Under the pieces are notes generated by a model. That model saw only the letters and a list, made by a program, of their open reading frames with translations. It did not search any database and was not told where the DNA came from. This document shows positions 37,701 through 51,182 of a stretch of DNA of 64,000 nt, piece by piece. Source of the stretch: Malacoraja senta (Eukaryota); assembly GCA_038087875.1 (NCBI GenBank), contig JAXLNO010000043.1:124001-188000 (forward strand). Reading direction: 5' to 3'. Both the position numbers and the translations under genes were made by a program. How positions within the stretch are numbered: the stretch's first letter is position 1; each line of letters begins with the position of its first letter.

Positions 37701-39049
37701 GTAAAGTGTAGATGGAGTCAATGGTGGGACGTCTGGTTTGTGTGATGGATTGGGCAGCGTTAATAACTCTGCAAAATCTCGAGGTCTTGGCAGACTTGTT
37801 CCCAATCAATCTCTGATGGAAGTCAACAATATGCTTTCTACGGTACATCCCGACAACCTTGTAAGAGTCACTGGAGACATGTCAAACTTACACAGTTTCC
37901 TCATGAAGTAGAGACATTGATGTGCCTTCTTGAATGTTGCATCGATGTTCTGCTTACCAACTGCCCAATGTAGCGGATCTGGTCAATCGGCCGTCGTTTC
38001 ACAGCCACTTGATTCGAGTAATAAATCTGGACTTCTGATTCTACACCGCTTCAAAAATATCACCTTCTTTAAAAGAGATAGGGCCAAGGCTTAATACTCT
38101 GTGGACCAAGTGCTAGTAAATGTGATTCTGTAATTGGATAGCATTTACACAGAGAGTTGCTGGGCCTGTTTCTTTGTTGTATGACGATGACTCTTGGTCC
38201 AGTCTCTGCACGTTTCTCCACATGTGTATCACCGTCAGTAGCTATAGCAGGACTGTACTACCATTTCCTTGTGTGTCCCAGCTGTAGGGAGAGATGAGGA
38301 CTTTATTCCTTGGAGCGAAGGAAGCTGCATGGTGGGAATATCAATGTGTTTACAAGCATGAGAGGAAAAGGTAGGATGAATGCAGTATTTTACCCATGAT
38401 GGTGTATCAATAATCAGATCTCATATGTTTAAGGTGAGAGGGGCAGGATTTTCTAGGAACCTGAAGAGATTACTTGACGCAAAGAGGGTGCTGGGAACAT
38501 GTGACGAACTTTGATAAGATCATGCGCTTCTGACATTACATATATTTCCTCCCTGGACGGATGTCATCTGAGTCTTCTGAGTATATTATGTTTTACTCCA
38601 GCATTGCAGAGGCCAGGTAATTATATATGGTCCGCGATACAGTATCAGTTGTTTGACAATGATCTGTTTCCTGAGCCCACTCTTCACCTTGACTTCGCAT
38701 TTGTCCAACAGTTCATTTGTGGTTGACCCCATTCAACACCTTCTCTTTTATAGGAACACTGTTTGTGTTACATTGACAATCTTCGTCGTCATCATAGTTC
38801 GAACATCTCTCTCTGATCATTGTTGTTACTTATGTCAGATCATTCGGTTACATGAGGTTGGGCTCGGTTTAATATCGTCACATGTTCCAATGTACAGTGA
38901 AAAGCGTGTCCATTCAGTTAAGATATGCCATACATAGATACAATCAGTCCTGCAGATGGGACGAAGAGGAAGATACTGAATTCGGAATATAGTTCATTAC
39001 ATTGAATATCATGCTGAACATTGTTGGTTATTTCCACCAAACCCCGAAT

Positions 39050-39382
39050 CGCGGGGTGAAATGACTTGGAACGGGGCCTAACATCGCCCGGCACAGCTTA
39101 AAGGCCGCGGGACTTACTATCGCCCGCCGGGGGCTTTAACATCGGAGCCCCAGTTCGCCTCGACGCTGCAGTTGTACTGCTGGACCGCGGGAGAAGAACA
39201 AAGGGAAGAGATAAGACTTTTGCCTTCCACCACAGTGAGGAGGTTGGAGATTCACTGTGATGGATGTTTTTGTAAAGTGTGTTAAGTGTGGGTCTTGTTT
39301 TTTTTGTAATGTTAAGACTGTAGAAAATGCAATTTCGTTCAAACCAAGCTGTTTGAATTTTTTATAAAAGGCATTCTATTCT
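39050..39382 (+). mobile_element. Short interspersed repeat inserted into an array module
   Basis: GC-rich head and an ATTCT-like tail. It splits the module motif ...CCACCAAACCCC|GAATTGTCCG..., which is contiguous at ~15285-15305. Confidence 0.5.
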
Positions 39383-39549
39383 GAATTGTCCGTTATGAGA
39401 ATGAACAATATTTTCTCAAGCCACATTGCATAATTTCATTCTCCGTAGAACTAGATAAGGGCAGTAGGAGAATTCGATTTCTGTGAAAACACAAAGCAAA
39501 TAGTTTATGCAACAACATTATTTAAGCGCGCAGAAGTACATATCTGGAT

Positions 39550-40530
39550 CATAGATACATAGATACATAGATATATAGACAATAGGTGCAGTAGGCCCTT
39601 CGAGTCATCACCTACATTCAATGTGATCATGGCTGATCATCCACAATCAGTACTCCGTTCGTGCCTTCTCCCCATACCCCTTGATTCCATTATCACACAG
39701 AGTTCTATATAGCTTTATTTTGAATGCATCCAGTGAATCGGTCTCCACGTGCTTCTGAGTCAGAGAATTCCACAAATTCACAACGCTCTGGCTGTACAAG
39801 TTTTACATAATCTCAGTTCTAAATGGCCTACCCCTTGTTCTTAAACAGTGGCCCCCTGTTTCTGGACTCCCCCAACATCGGGGACATGTTTTCTGTATCT
39901 AGCGTGTCCAATCATTTAATAATGTTATATGTATCTAGAAAACACCCTCTCATCCTCCTAAATTCCTGTGAATACAAGCCCAGTCGCTCTATGCTTTCAT
40001 CGTATGCCAGACCCGCCATCCCGGGAATTGACCTCGTGAACCTACGCTGCACTCCCTCAATAGCAAGAATGTCCATCCTCAAATGAGAAGACCAAACCTG
40101 CACACAACACTCGAGGTGTGGTTTCACCAGGTCCCTGTGCAACTGCAGAGGGACCTCTTTGCTCCGATACTCAACTCATAACTTCTCGTTATGAAGGCCA
40201 ACATGCCATTAGCTTTCTTAATTGCCTGTTGTACCTTCATGCTTACTGTCAGTGTCTGATGTACAAGGACGCCCAGGTCTCGTTGTACTTCCCATTTTCA
40301 TCACCTGATACAATTCAGATAATAAACTGCCTTCCCGTTCTTGCCACCAGTTGATAACCACACATGTATCCACATTATACTGCATCTGCAATGCATCTGC
40401 CCACTGACCCAACCTGTCCAAACCGGCCTGCAACCCCATAGCATCCGCTACACTGTTCACACTCCCATCCAGCTTTGTGCCATCTGCAATTATTCTTTAA
40501 TTCATTCATCTAAATTATTAATATATATTG
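39550..40530 (-). mobile_element. CR1 3' fragment
   Basis: LQAGLDRLGQWADALQMQYNVD and LVKPHLECCVQVWS...IEGVQRRFTRSIPGM; (CTATGTAT)n-like tail at ~39550-39580. Confidence 0.85.
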
Positions 40531-42932
40531 TAACTAGCTGCGGTCCAATGTCAATGTCAATATCCAAGTCAATACCCAACCCCTATACCATGTGCTATCA
40601 TTGTAGCCACTAATCTCTCGTGTGGAACCTGAACAAATACTTCCTGAAAGTCCTGGTACACTACATCCACTGGCTCTCACTTGTCCATTTTACTTGTTGC
40701 ATCCCCAAAATGGATGATGCAATGCTTCTGCAACCTATGAGACATTCCGCTGGTTTCATGGTGTTGTAAACAATGCAGATGACAGGCGCTTTAGGTTTTA
40801 GCTTCAGGTTTAGGGATATTATTGGCACATGTACCGATGCACTGTGAAAAACAATGGTCTGCATGCTATCCAAACAGATTACATATATCATAATTAGATA
40901 TTATCGGTTCAAACGCGATGATACAGGGCACTGGGCATGTGGATCCACTCAGTGTGGTTGCCACATATATTCGCACAGCGGATGGTATACATATAGAATT
41001 AGCTGCCAAAGGAGGTAGCTGAGGTAGAAACTACACAGGATCTAAAATACATTTGGCCCAACACACATCGGAAGTGACACGGGACAAAAACGGCAGGTGG
41101 GACTTATGTTGATGGTGTACATTGATCAACGTTGGGAAGCTGGGCTGAAGGACCTGTTCCTGCGTTGTGTGACTCATGACAACAGAGAGAGCAAAGTGGA
41201 CAATAGAGAGAGCAGAATACATTTATCAGCATTGTAGCGCTATTTTATACACCAGTACCTCAGACAAAATTCAATGACCATAATGGGGTGGAGGGGATTG
41301 AATATTTCCCTGGGCTATGGAGGGACCGTTCATATACCCGATAATGGAGGAAATGAACCAATTCCTAAGTCTTATGGTGCGCGCTTACAACATCTCTATC
41401 TTTTGCCGGATAGGTGTAGGGGAAAGTAAAAAACTGACCGGGATTTGCCAAGTCTTTGATTTTATTGGGTGTTTGGGTAATGTTATGCAGCGTGAAGTGC
41501 AGATGAAGACTATGATTGGTCTGGGCTCTGAGATGGACGGGGCTATCTGCCTCTGCAATATCTCGCGGTCTTGTCATAGTTGTTCCCAAAACAAGTTACG
41601 ATGCAACGTGAAAATAAGCTTCTTATTATATTTTTGCAAGAGTTACGGGAGACATGACAAACGTCTTGTTATTTTCGGTTGTGTGTCCTCTTGTGTGTCG
41701 CATCAATGTGATTGCACCACGTCAGTGGCAATATAGACAGGAACCTGAAGGAAATACTTTAAACTCCGACGGTGGTGGGTATATGGAACAACCGGATTGA
41801 GGAGTTAGTTGAGAAGTGTTCTACAGCAAGAGTGTTTGGATATATCGGTGCCAATTCACCAGTAGTAAGAAACAGATAGGTAGTTGTTGAGCATTAAATG
41901 TTGAACAGGAACTGATTCTGAAATAATGTTCAGGTGCGCCCACGAGCAACACCGGTGTTTGCCGACTTGTACTTTGAAACATTATGCCACAGTCCATGCG
42001 GTTCATCAATATCGGAGTTTTGATGAGATCATTCACTTCTGACATTACACATTTTCCCTTTCACCGCCGATGTCTTCTGTCATCTGAGTATATCATGTCT
42101 TCCTTTTGTATTTCAGATGCCGGTGAATGACTACGGTCCGCAGTACATTATCAGCATGTTTATTGTGTTCTTACACCCGTCCCCACACTTCACCTTCTCT
42201 TCGTATTTGTCCAACAGTCCATTTGTGGTTAACAGCCATTCATCACCTTCCCTTTTACATCATCACCGTCTGTGTCTCGTTTACAATCTCAGTCAGCGTC
42301 ATAGTACGAACATTCCCGCTCTGATCAGAGTTATTTCTTATCTCACGTGTCATTTGGTCAGTTTAGATCTATTATTAGCATATGTACCGAGCTGCAGTGG
42401 AAAGAGTTGTTTTGCATGCTATTCACTTGGTTCAAATATCCCAGACACAAAAGCAATCAATGTAAAGCCAAGTGCAATAGATCGGGTAAATGGGAAGATG
42501 CAGAATGTAGAATATAGTTCATGATACAGAAGATCATGCTGAATGTGCTTCTTTATTTCAACCCAACCCCGATTTGTCCGGGTATTTGGAACAATGAACA
42601 ATCGTTGCTCAAGCCACATTGCATAATTCCGGTTTACCGTTCTCCTAGGAGTTGCACCTTTGCATTTGGAGGACTAGAGATCTGTACAAACACAAAACCA
42701 TCATTGAACCTGATGTAAATTTCGTGTTCAACCGTGCCGGGGTGAATAGCTAGAAATGTTAATGATGCAATGCTTCTATTAACCATGAGTCTTGGTTTGT
42801 GAAGGTGTAAACAATTAAGTTGCAAGGGGCATTAAGATTTAGGCTTCACGTTTAGGTTTATTATTGCCATGTGTATTGAGGCGCGTGAGAAAGCAAATGG
42901 GGAGATACAGAATGCAGAACATAGTTCGCAGC

Positions 42933-44580
42933 ATGATATGATATCTTTTTGATATGATATGATATGATATGATATGATATCTTTTATTTCGAACGATTAA
43001 AAAAAAGAAGAAAAGAAAAGATTAAAATGAATAATAATAAAGGAAATTATATATATACATATATATATATACATAAATACATACACACATACATACATAT
43101 ACATGTACATATATACATACATACATATACACATATACACACATACACATATACATAACATATATGTACATACATAAATTAAAAAATCAAAAGCCAATTT
43201 CAACATAATACACACTAGACTCGTTGGAAAAGGGATAGGAAGAAGCCTATGCTTGTCAAGTCCTACCCCCATTCTTCACCATTAACAAATGCAAAATTCA
43301 ATAAAATAAACTAAACAGACAATTCAAATAAAACTACTCCAATCAAGCTACTAAGAAAAAAAGAATAAAAAAAGAAAAGAACAAAAAGAACAAGCACCAT
43401 TAACATCTGTGAGATTTACATTCTCCTTCCTCATTACTGTACTTTTCAAAGATATATCTTTTGTACATTTTTTAAATTGCATTACATTCATACTTTGTTT
43501 AATCGTTTCGTCAAGACCATTCCACAAAACCACCCCACAAATGGAAATACACATAATTTTTAAATTGGTCCGAGTATAATGCTGTTTCAAGTTTAGTTTC
43601 CCTCTAAAGTTATAACCCCCTCTCTGTCTTTGAACAGTTTTTGTATGTTTACAGGTAGCAGTTTATTTTTTGCTTTATAAATTATTTGTGCAGTCTTAAA
43701 TTCTACCAGATCCTTAATCTTTAAGGTGTGTAATTTTAAATACAGTATATTAGTGTGTTCATGATATCCTACATTGTTTACTATACGAATAGCTCTTTTT
43801 TGTAGTGTGCTTAGTGATTGTAAGGTGGTTTTGTAGGTGTTGCCCCATACTTCCACACAGTAATTTAAATACGGTAACACAAGTGAGCTGTACAGAATAT
43901 ACAGTGCTCTCTCATTCAAAACAAGCCTTGCTTTCCCCATCACTCCAATACTCCGTGCTACGTTTGCTCTCACGTGTTTTATATGGGGTTTCCAGCAGAT
44001 GTTGTGATCAAGAATCACACCCAGAAATTTATTTTCATACACTCTTTCTATTTCAACATTATTTATCATTACTTTTACTTGTGTATTTATTTTGCGTTTT
44101 CCAAACAGCATAAGTTTGGTTTTGTCTAAATTTAATGATAATTTCTTCAAATCAACCATGTTTTTAATTTACTCATTTCTGCTGTGACCACCTCCAAAAG
44201 CTGCTGCAAATTGTCCCCATCACAGAAAATATTAGTGTCATCTGCAAATAACACAAATTTCAAGAGGTTTGACACCCTACATCATTAATATACAAAATAA
44301 ATAATTTGGGGCCCAAAACCGACCCCTGTGGGACTCCACAAGTTATTTCTAAGCATGTTGATTTGCAGTCCCCTAATTGCACAAACTGATGTCTTTTACT
44401 TATGTAGCTTCTCGTCCACTCTAGTACAACCCCTCTGATTCCATACTTTTCCAGTTTTTTGATTAGCAAATGATGATCAATTGTATCGAATGCTTTTTTC
44501 AAATCTATAAATACACCCACTGCATATTTCTTGTTATCTATAGAACTGGTAATGTCTTCAATTAACCATTAATGCCATCT
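42933..44580 (-). mobile_element. 5'-truncated AT-rich LINE of the CR1/L2 group (Crack/Daphne-like)
   Basis: GVFIDLKKAFDTIDH...[62 protein letters not shown]; 3' UTR with a TA/CA repeat and an (ATATC)n tail at 42933-42981. Confidence 0.8.
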
Positions 44581-44694
44581 CAACCTTTTCTTTACTTTTG
44601 TCAAAATCCACAGAGTGAAATTGTTCAGTTTAAAATTATCCAAGTTTCTCCTCTCCCTCTAGTGACTAACCTCATGTTCCCATATCTCACCTGA

Positions 44695-45260
44695 CATAGA
44701 AACAGAGAAACATAGACAATAGGTGCAGGAGTAGGCCATTTGGCCCTTCGAGCCAGCACCGCCATTCATTGTGATCATGGCTGATCATCCACAATCAGTA
44801 GCCTGTGCCTGCCTTCTCCCCATATCCCTTCATTCCGCTAGCCCCTAGAGCTCGATCTAACTCTCTTTGAAATTCATCCAGTAAAATGGCATCTACTGTC
44901 TTCTGTGACAGAAATCTAAACGGGAATCCCAAAATTCCCGGCCGCTCCACACTGCTGCTGTCTCCGTTGCCTGAATCCCACATTCATAGAAACATAGAAC
45001 ATAGGTGCAGGAGTAGGCCATTCGGCCCTTCGAGCCAGCACTGCCATTCAATATGATCATGGCTGATCATCCAGAATCAGTACCCCGTTCCTGCTTTCTC
45101 CCCATACCCCTTGATTCCGTTAGCACTAAGAGCTAAATCAAACTCTCTATTTTAAACGTCCAGTGAATTGGCCTCCACTGCCTTCAGTGGCAGAGAATTT
45201 CACAGATTCACAACTCTCTGGGTGAAAACGTTTTTTCTCATCTCAGTTTTAAATGGCCTA
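44695..45260 (-). mobile_element. Two adjacent CR1/SINE 3'-tail fragments
   Basis: Both show CATAGA...GGTGCAGGAGTAGGCCATT.GGCCCTTCGAGCCAGCAC, the reverse complement of the CR1 end at ~55500-55625. Confidence 0.8.
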
Positions 45261-46214
45261 TAGCAATGTGGTTAGCTCTTAACTGTCCTGTGAGATGGTC
45301 CCGCCCTCCACTATGTTCAGGGGGCAATTAGGGATGGGCAATAAATACTGGCTTTGTAGCAACCTCACATCCCAGGTATGAGAACTAAATGTCAGCAAGG
45401 GCTTTGTGTGGAAATCTGGCAGAGTGAAATGGAATATATTTTGCAAATGATGTTTGTTCAGTGGGACTTTGCCATCAATAGATTTCTGAGAAAGAACAGT
45501 AACTGTTGCAAAATCTATGAAAGTTTGGCTGTCCACTGTTATGTTAGAAGCAAAGAGCAAATAATGATTGAGCTGATATGTGGATTGGTAGAAACTGTGC
45601 GGTCAATTTTCTCATCTTTGTATGAAATCGACAGTTCAAAGAAAACAACGCCAAATATCAGAAGTGTTTCAAAACTGCTTTTATCCAAATTCTATCCAAA
45701 CTCATTGGAATATCACTGACCCCAACACATGCCTCGGAGCAGCTCAGTTGGACACACTTAAATTAATAAAGATAATGCTTTCAGGAATATTACCCAATAT
45801 ATTTTTAAGGGAAATAAAAGCCACATACTTTTGCAATAGTTAAATGCTTCAGTTTCTCACATGAACCCATTGCCATGGTGACTGAGGTCCACCATTCAAT
45901 GCTTGAACCCCACTCCTCCCCCTACTGCTCCCTGCCTTTCTGCAGCCCCAACTCCAGTCCCAGTTCAATGCAATGACACATTTTAGAGGTTGTTCGACAA
46001 AGTTATTCTTTAAGTTATTATGTGGTAAGCAAGCATTAGTACAACTGAAAACCAGTCTTCAAATGTAATTCAAATGTAGGCTACATGCAGTAATCAGTTT
46101 TGAATTGAACAGGATAGTTTTGTAAACAAACTGTGCTGTCTGCAGAGCACAAGTTACAGCCCCGCAGCAGGAGACTGCTCGGGAGAGTTGGTTTGTAAAC
46201 CAACTTGACCATGA

Positions 46215-46315
46215 GATGTTTCAGCCTTCTTCTTCACTTCTTGCGTATGGCATGCACAGCCTAAAGTTGGAGGACAACTTGTTCTATTTCATCTAATTTG
46301 ATTGATGTTTCAGCC
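46215..46315 (-). mobile_element. 77-bp retroposon 3' end with a 12-bp target-site duplication
   Basis: GATGTTTCAGCC at 46215-46226 and 46304-46315 flanks an insert whose minus strand ends in (AAG)n. Confidence 0.7.
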
Positions 46316-46961
46316 AAAAGTAAGACAATATGGTCTTAATAAGACCAATAAGTCTCTGTAAATTGCCCGAAACATGTAAGGAGCAGATGGGAAAATGGGA
46401 TAACAACGAACATTGATCAGTGGTCAGTGTGGACTTGATGGACCCAAGGGATTGGTTCAATGAATTATCTCTAAAATAAAAAATGAGATAATTCTCAATT
46501 CTCTGAGGTCAGAGAGTGTAGACACCCAAAATTGTGAGGGCTGACAATTTGGGAACACAAAAATCTCAATTATTGAGGAAATAATCCTGTGGCCATGTTT
46601 GATGTGCTCAGTGACAAAATATGTCTGTTTTGGAAGCTTTCTTGATCTCATTAACAACAGTGAAAAAAATCTCATTAAAATTGGCTGATGCTTGGTTTGA
46701 TGCAGGCCTGTTAACCTGACCACATTGTCTTACTTTTGGCTGAAACATCAATCAAATTAGATCAAATAGACTTCCGGTGGCGCCATGTTGGACTAACAGA
46801 CGTGCACCTAGCTCCCCTCCCGAAAAGTTTCACGATTTATCGTGTAAAACGGGTCCATAAATCGGGATTGGATTTAAAAACCTTACCGGAGCTTCTGGTC
46901 GCCGCGCTGATGACGTCATCATTAAGCGCGATGTTTTAAACGGTGGTTTAAAGCCCTTTAA

Positions 46962-48050
46962 ATGAGTAAACTGTCTCCAGCTGAGAGCCCTCAGAGATCA
47001 GTGACAAACCTGCTGAGAGACCAGAAGAAGCCTGAAGGAGAAGTTACCTCTGAAGTCTCTGAAGTGGCTGCAGAAATGGATACGAGCTAAGAAAGAGTTT
47101 GATGTCTTGAAGAAATCAGTGAAAAATATGAAAGATGAGATTTTGGATGAAAATAAAATTATGATGGAAAATATGAAGGAAAATATGGGAAATAGGATGG
47201 AAAAAATGGAAAAGATGTTGAAGGATTTAAATGCTGGTAATCAGAAGGCTATGGATGCTGGCAATCAGAAGGTGATTGATTCACTGGACATTATGAATAA
47301 ACGAATTGAGGATGTGAAAGATGGACTATCGGAGAGAATGGACAAGATGGATGAGACTACTACGGACAGGTTCACGGCTGTGCTTGAAACAGTAGCTGCA
47401 CGTATGCGCACAATTACGGAATTGGAGAAAAACACGGCTCGAGTGGTTGAAGACATGGCGAAAATGAGGGAAGAACATGAGCAAATGAACCAAAGAAAAT
47501 GAACAGACTTCACATGGTGATTCTACTGGGAAAAGTCTCAGAAAAATGCCTGGACCTGGAAGCTCGCTCTAGACGTCAGAATTTGAGAATTCTTGGAGTC
47601 TCAGAGGGAGCCGAGGGGGAGGATGTGCGTGAATTTGCCATGGGCTTGCTTAAACAACTGCTTAATCTTTCCAAAGAACCGAAAATCGAAGTGGCTCATC
47701 GTGTCCCAAGATTTAAACAAAGATCTGGTGCGGGAAAAACTCATCCACGACATATTATTGTGAAATTTCGGGATATTTTAGAACTGGAAGAAGTTATGAG
47801 CAAAATCAAACACGGTGTGCAACTGCGGCTGGACAATGACACTATCAAGATATTCAGGGACTACCCGTATGAAATTGTGCAAAAAAGAAACAAATTCGAG
47901 AAGGTTAACGATCTTTTAAGAGGGAAAGAAGGGATCACATACGGAGTTTTTTATCCAGCGAAAATGCGTATTTCCTTCAAGGGTTCTGAAAAGTCATTTG
48001 TTAAGCCTGAAGACGCGTTCAAATATGCCCAAACTATCGTTGAAAAATAG
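46962..48050 (+). pseudogene. L1 ORF1p (coiled coil + RRM + CTD), disrupted
   Basis: Coiled-coil ORF 47107-47502, then LEARSRRQNLRILGVSEG...IEVAHRV...PRHIIVKF...IFRDY...YPAKMRISF in another frame. Confidence 0.85.
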
Positions 48051-48905
48051 AAATCAAATGGGGGTTTGGCAGAGCTGAACCATTCTAAGCAATGCTTTGT
48101 CTGGGGATTGCTAGACTGTTATCTTTGGAATGTTGAATCAAGGACACTTTCTGTTCAAAATGAGTAAACAGCTGAACAGACGGGAATGGTATATACCAGA
48201 AGCATTTATTTGTTTATTAGATTATAATATTAAAACCAATTGTAAGAATTTATCCTATTAATAACTTAACAAGTTATTCATGTTAGATTAGAATACTAAC
48301 AAAAATAAAAATAAAAATAAAAATACAAAAATGATGAACTAACATACTAATATGAATTTTTAATAAATTGAAACCTTATCTATAAGTGGGAGGAGGGGAT
48401 GAGAAACGAGCACCTGGCTTAGGTCCAGGGGCACGTCTCGTTAACCCCTTCAACCAACAGTTGATTCTTATTGAAGTCAAAAGTATCTGTTTAATAATTA
48501 GTAGCTAAAATTGCGATATATATATGATATGTTATAATGAAATATATAGCGTAAAATTGTATTTTATATCTGAAGATGAGGCCCCGTTTTAATATTTTAA
48601 TATGTTATGATCAACCAAGAGAGCGGAGCTATTTGTTTAACATCACAATGGAAGTCAAAACAAGGTTTTTTCCCACCTACAGGTGGGACACTCGCTACAG
48701 TGCCGACTATATTAGACACTGTATTTTCACTTTTTTAGTTTTTGTTTATTACCACATAAACTCACATGTTTGTGTTTTGTGTTTAGTGATAAGCGTAAAA
48801 TGGATATACCAACAAAACAGAAATTCAAAAGTTCCCCCAATACCCAAAGACCTGGGATAAGGATGCACCACAAGATTTAAAGGTACTATAATTATTCAAA
48901 ATACA

Positions 48906-51182
48906 TGATACTAAACAAAAGAACCTAGGAGGAATCTCATTTTGTAGTTGGAATATAAGAGGTATTAACGAACCTATTAAAAGGGGTAAGATACTAGCTC
49001 AGCTGAAACTGTACAATTCTGACATTATCTTCTTACAAGAAACACATTTAAAATCTCAGGATCAAGCTAGGTTGAGGGCGAAATGGATAGGTCAAACATA
49101 CCATTCTTCATTCACTTCGAAATCTAGAGGTACGTCAATCATTATAAGAAAAGGTATACCATTTAAAGCAAAGAATATCATAACAGATATAGAAGGGAGA
49201 TACTTAATAGTTAATGGAGAAATTCATGATACTCCACTTACCTTGGTAAATATATATGCCCCTAACTTTGACAACCCCCACTTTTTAAATACAATTTTCA
49301 ACATAATTGCATAGTTTAACTATCAAAATGTTATAATAGGAGGAGACTTTAATTGTGTTTTAGATCCGTACTTAGATAAATCAAGTCAAAAACAGAGAGG
49401 GAATATGAAATCGAAAACCGGGGAACTTCGCATTACTTATATAAACAATACTAATATAGCAGATGTTTGGAGAATTGTTAATCCAACTGGCAGGGAATAC
49501 TCGTTTTATTCAATGGTACACAAGACATACTCACGTATAGATTACTTCCTGCTGGATACAAAATTAATCCCCCAAACATTTAACCCAACATACCATACAA
49601 ATCCGATTTCAGACCATTCTCCACTAACTTTCTTTTTAAAACTGGAAGGAATGTTTAAGAATAAATCGTTTTGGAGATTTAATTCTCAAATTCTAAAAGA
49701 TCCACAAGCGAGTATATATTTAAAAGAACAAATGGATGCCTTTTTTCAAATAAATGATACTCCAGATATATCGTCCACTGTATTATGGGAATCTTTAAAA
49801 GCATACATTAGGGGTATTATAATTTCATATCAAGCTTTTCAAAATAAAAAGAATAAGAATGAACAAAGACAGTTAGAAGAACTTATTAGACAAATGGATA
49901 TAGATAATGCTAAAGATCCATCAATAGATAAACATAATAAAATAATAATTTTGAAATTTAAATTAAATAAATTATTATCTGCCAAACATAAGACTTTTTC
50001 AAATGACAAAACAAGAGCACTTTGAATTTGGGGATAAACCGCATAAACGTTTGGTTTGCCAGCTAAAAAAACGAGAAAAGGAACATACTATCCCAAAGAT
50101 TAAATCAGATAAAAGGGGAATTATTAACAACACCGAAGGATATTAATAAGAGATTTGCGCAATTTTATGAGAATTTGTATACATCTAAAACGACAATTGA
50201 TTCCAATAATATCACAACGTTTTTGGATAATTGTAATCTTCCAAAGTTAGAGCTGAAGGAACAAGAGGAATTGGGTGCACAAATTTCAATTAAGGAATTA
50301 GAAGATACAATAAACTCACTAAAGAATGGAAAAACACCAGGTCCTGATGGATTTACTAATGAATTTTATAAAAGCTTTTATGATAAAATAATACCAAGAT
50401 TACAAAAAATGTACCAATATGCTTTTAAAAAACAAATACTACCTGATACATTAGCGGAATCAATGATTACACTAATACTTAAGAAAGACAAAGATTTAGA
50501 AGAACCGGGTTCGTATAGAGCTATAGCATTGTTAAACACAGATCAAAAAATATTAGCGAAAACATTAGCTAGAAGATTAAGTAAATACATTAGTAAATTA
50601 ATAAACCCAGATCAGACGGGGTTTATCCCTAAGAGATACTCATCTAACAATATGAGACGTTTACTCAACATAATGCACTCACACAAATCTGAAGATCAAG
50701 AATTATCAATTATTTGGCTGGATGCTGAAAAAGCATTTGACCAAGTAGAATGGAATTATATGGATAAAGTATTACAAAAATTCCAACTGGGAGAGAATTT
50801 TATTCTATGGATCAAATTACTATATAATAAACCTACAGCTAGAATATTAACAAATAACATATTATCCTCGAAATTCCAACTATCAAGGGGAAATAGACAA
50901 GGATGCTCATTATCACCACAGCTGTTTGCTCTCATTATTGAACCGCTAGCAGAAAAAATTAGAATACACCCTGATATCCATGGATATAATACTAAAGATT
51001 CATTTAATAAAATATCTTTATACGCGGATGATATATTACTGTACATTACAAAACCTCAAATCACTATACCAAATATATTAAATTTAATTGAAGACTTTGG
51101 ATCTTTTTCTGGATATAGAATAAATTGGAATAAAAGTGAAATTATGTCAATAAAACCGAAAGATTCAACACATCTTTTAAAA
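48906..51182 (+). pseudogene. L1 ORF2 endonuclease + RT, disrupted
   Basis: SWNIRGIN, FLQETH, NIYAPN, GGDFN, YSRIDYFL, ISDH, KTPGPDGF, QTGFIPKR, LDAEKAFD, RGNRQGCSLSP, YADD. Confidence 0.92.

Larger units (their letters stand above)
21511..38946 (+). repeat. Segmental duplication copy B
   Basis: Direct repeat of 1811-19215 with scattered substitutions and small indels. Confidence 0.95.
4750..42830. repeat. Old, diverged tandem array of an unrecognised ~2.5-3 kb module
   Basis: Marker blocks recur in fixed order: CCAAC(C)TGC(A/G/C)CA (6987, 10165, 17408, 18230 and B paralogs); ~TCATTCACTTCTGACAT...T(T/G)CAGA (7519, 10619, 18788, 42027); TTGTCCAACA/CATCATAGT (4804, 7681, 10800, 18970, 42207); GATGATGCAAT...TTGTAAACAAT (5352, 9124, 15471, 40714, 42763). 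Confidence 0.8.

Noticed and set aside
45378..45719. 113-aa ORF in unique sequence
   Set aside because: No recognisable domain or convincing splice boundaries.
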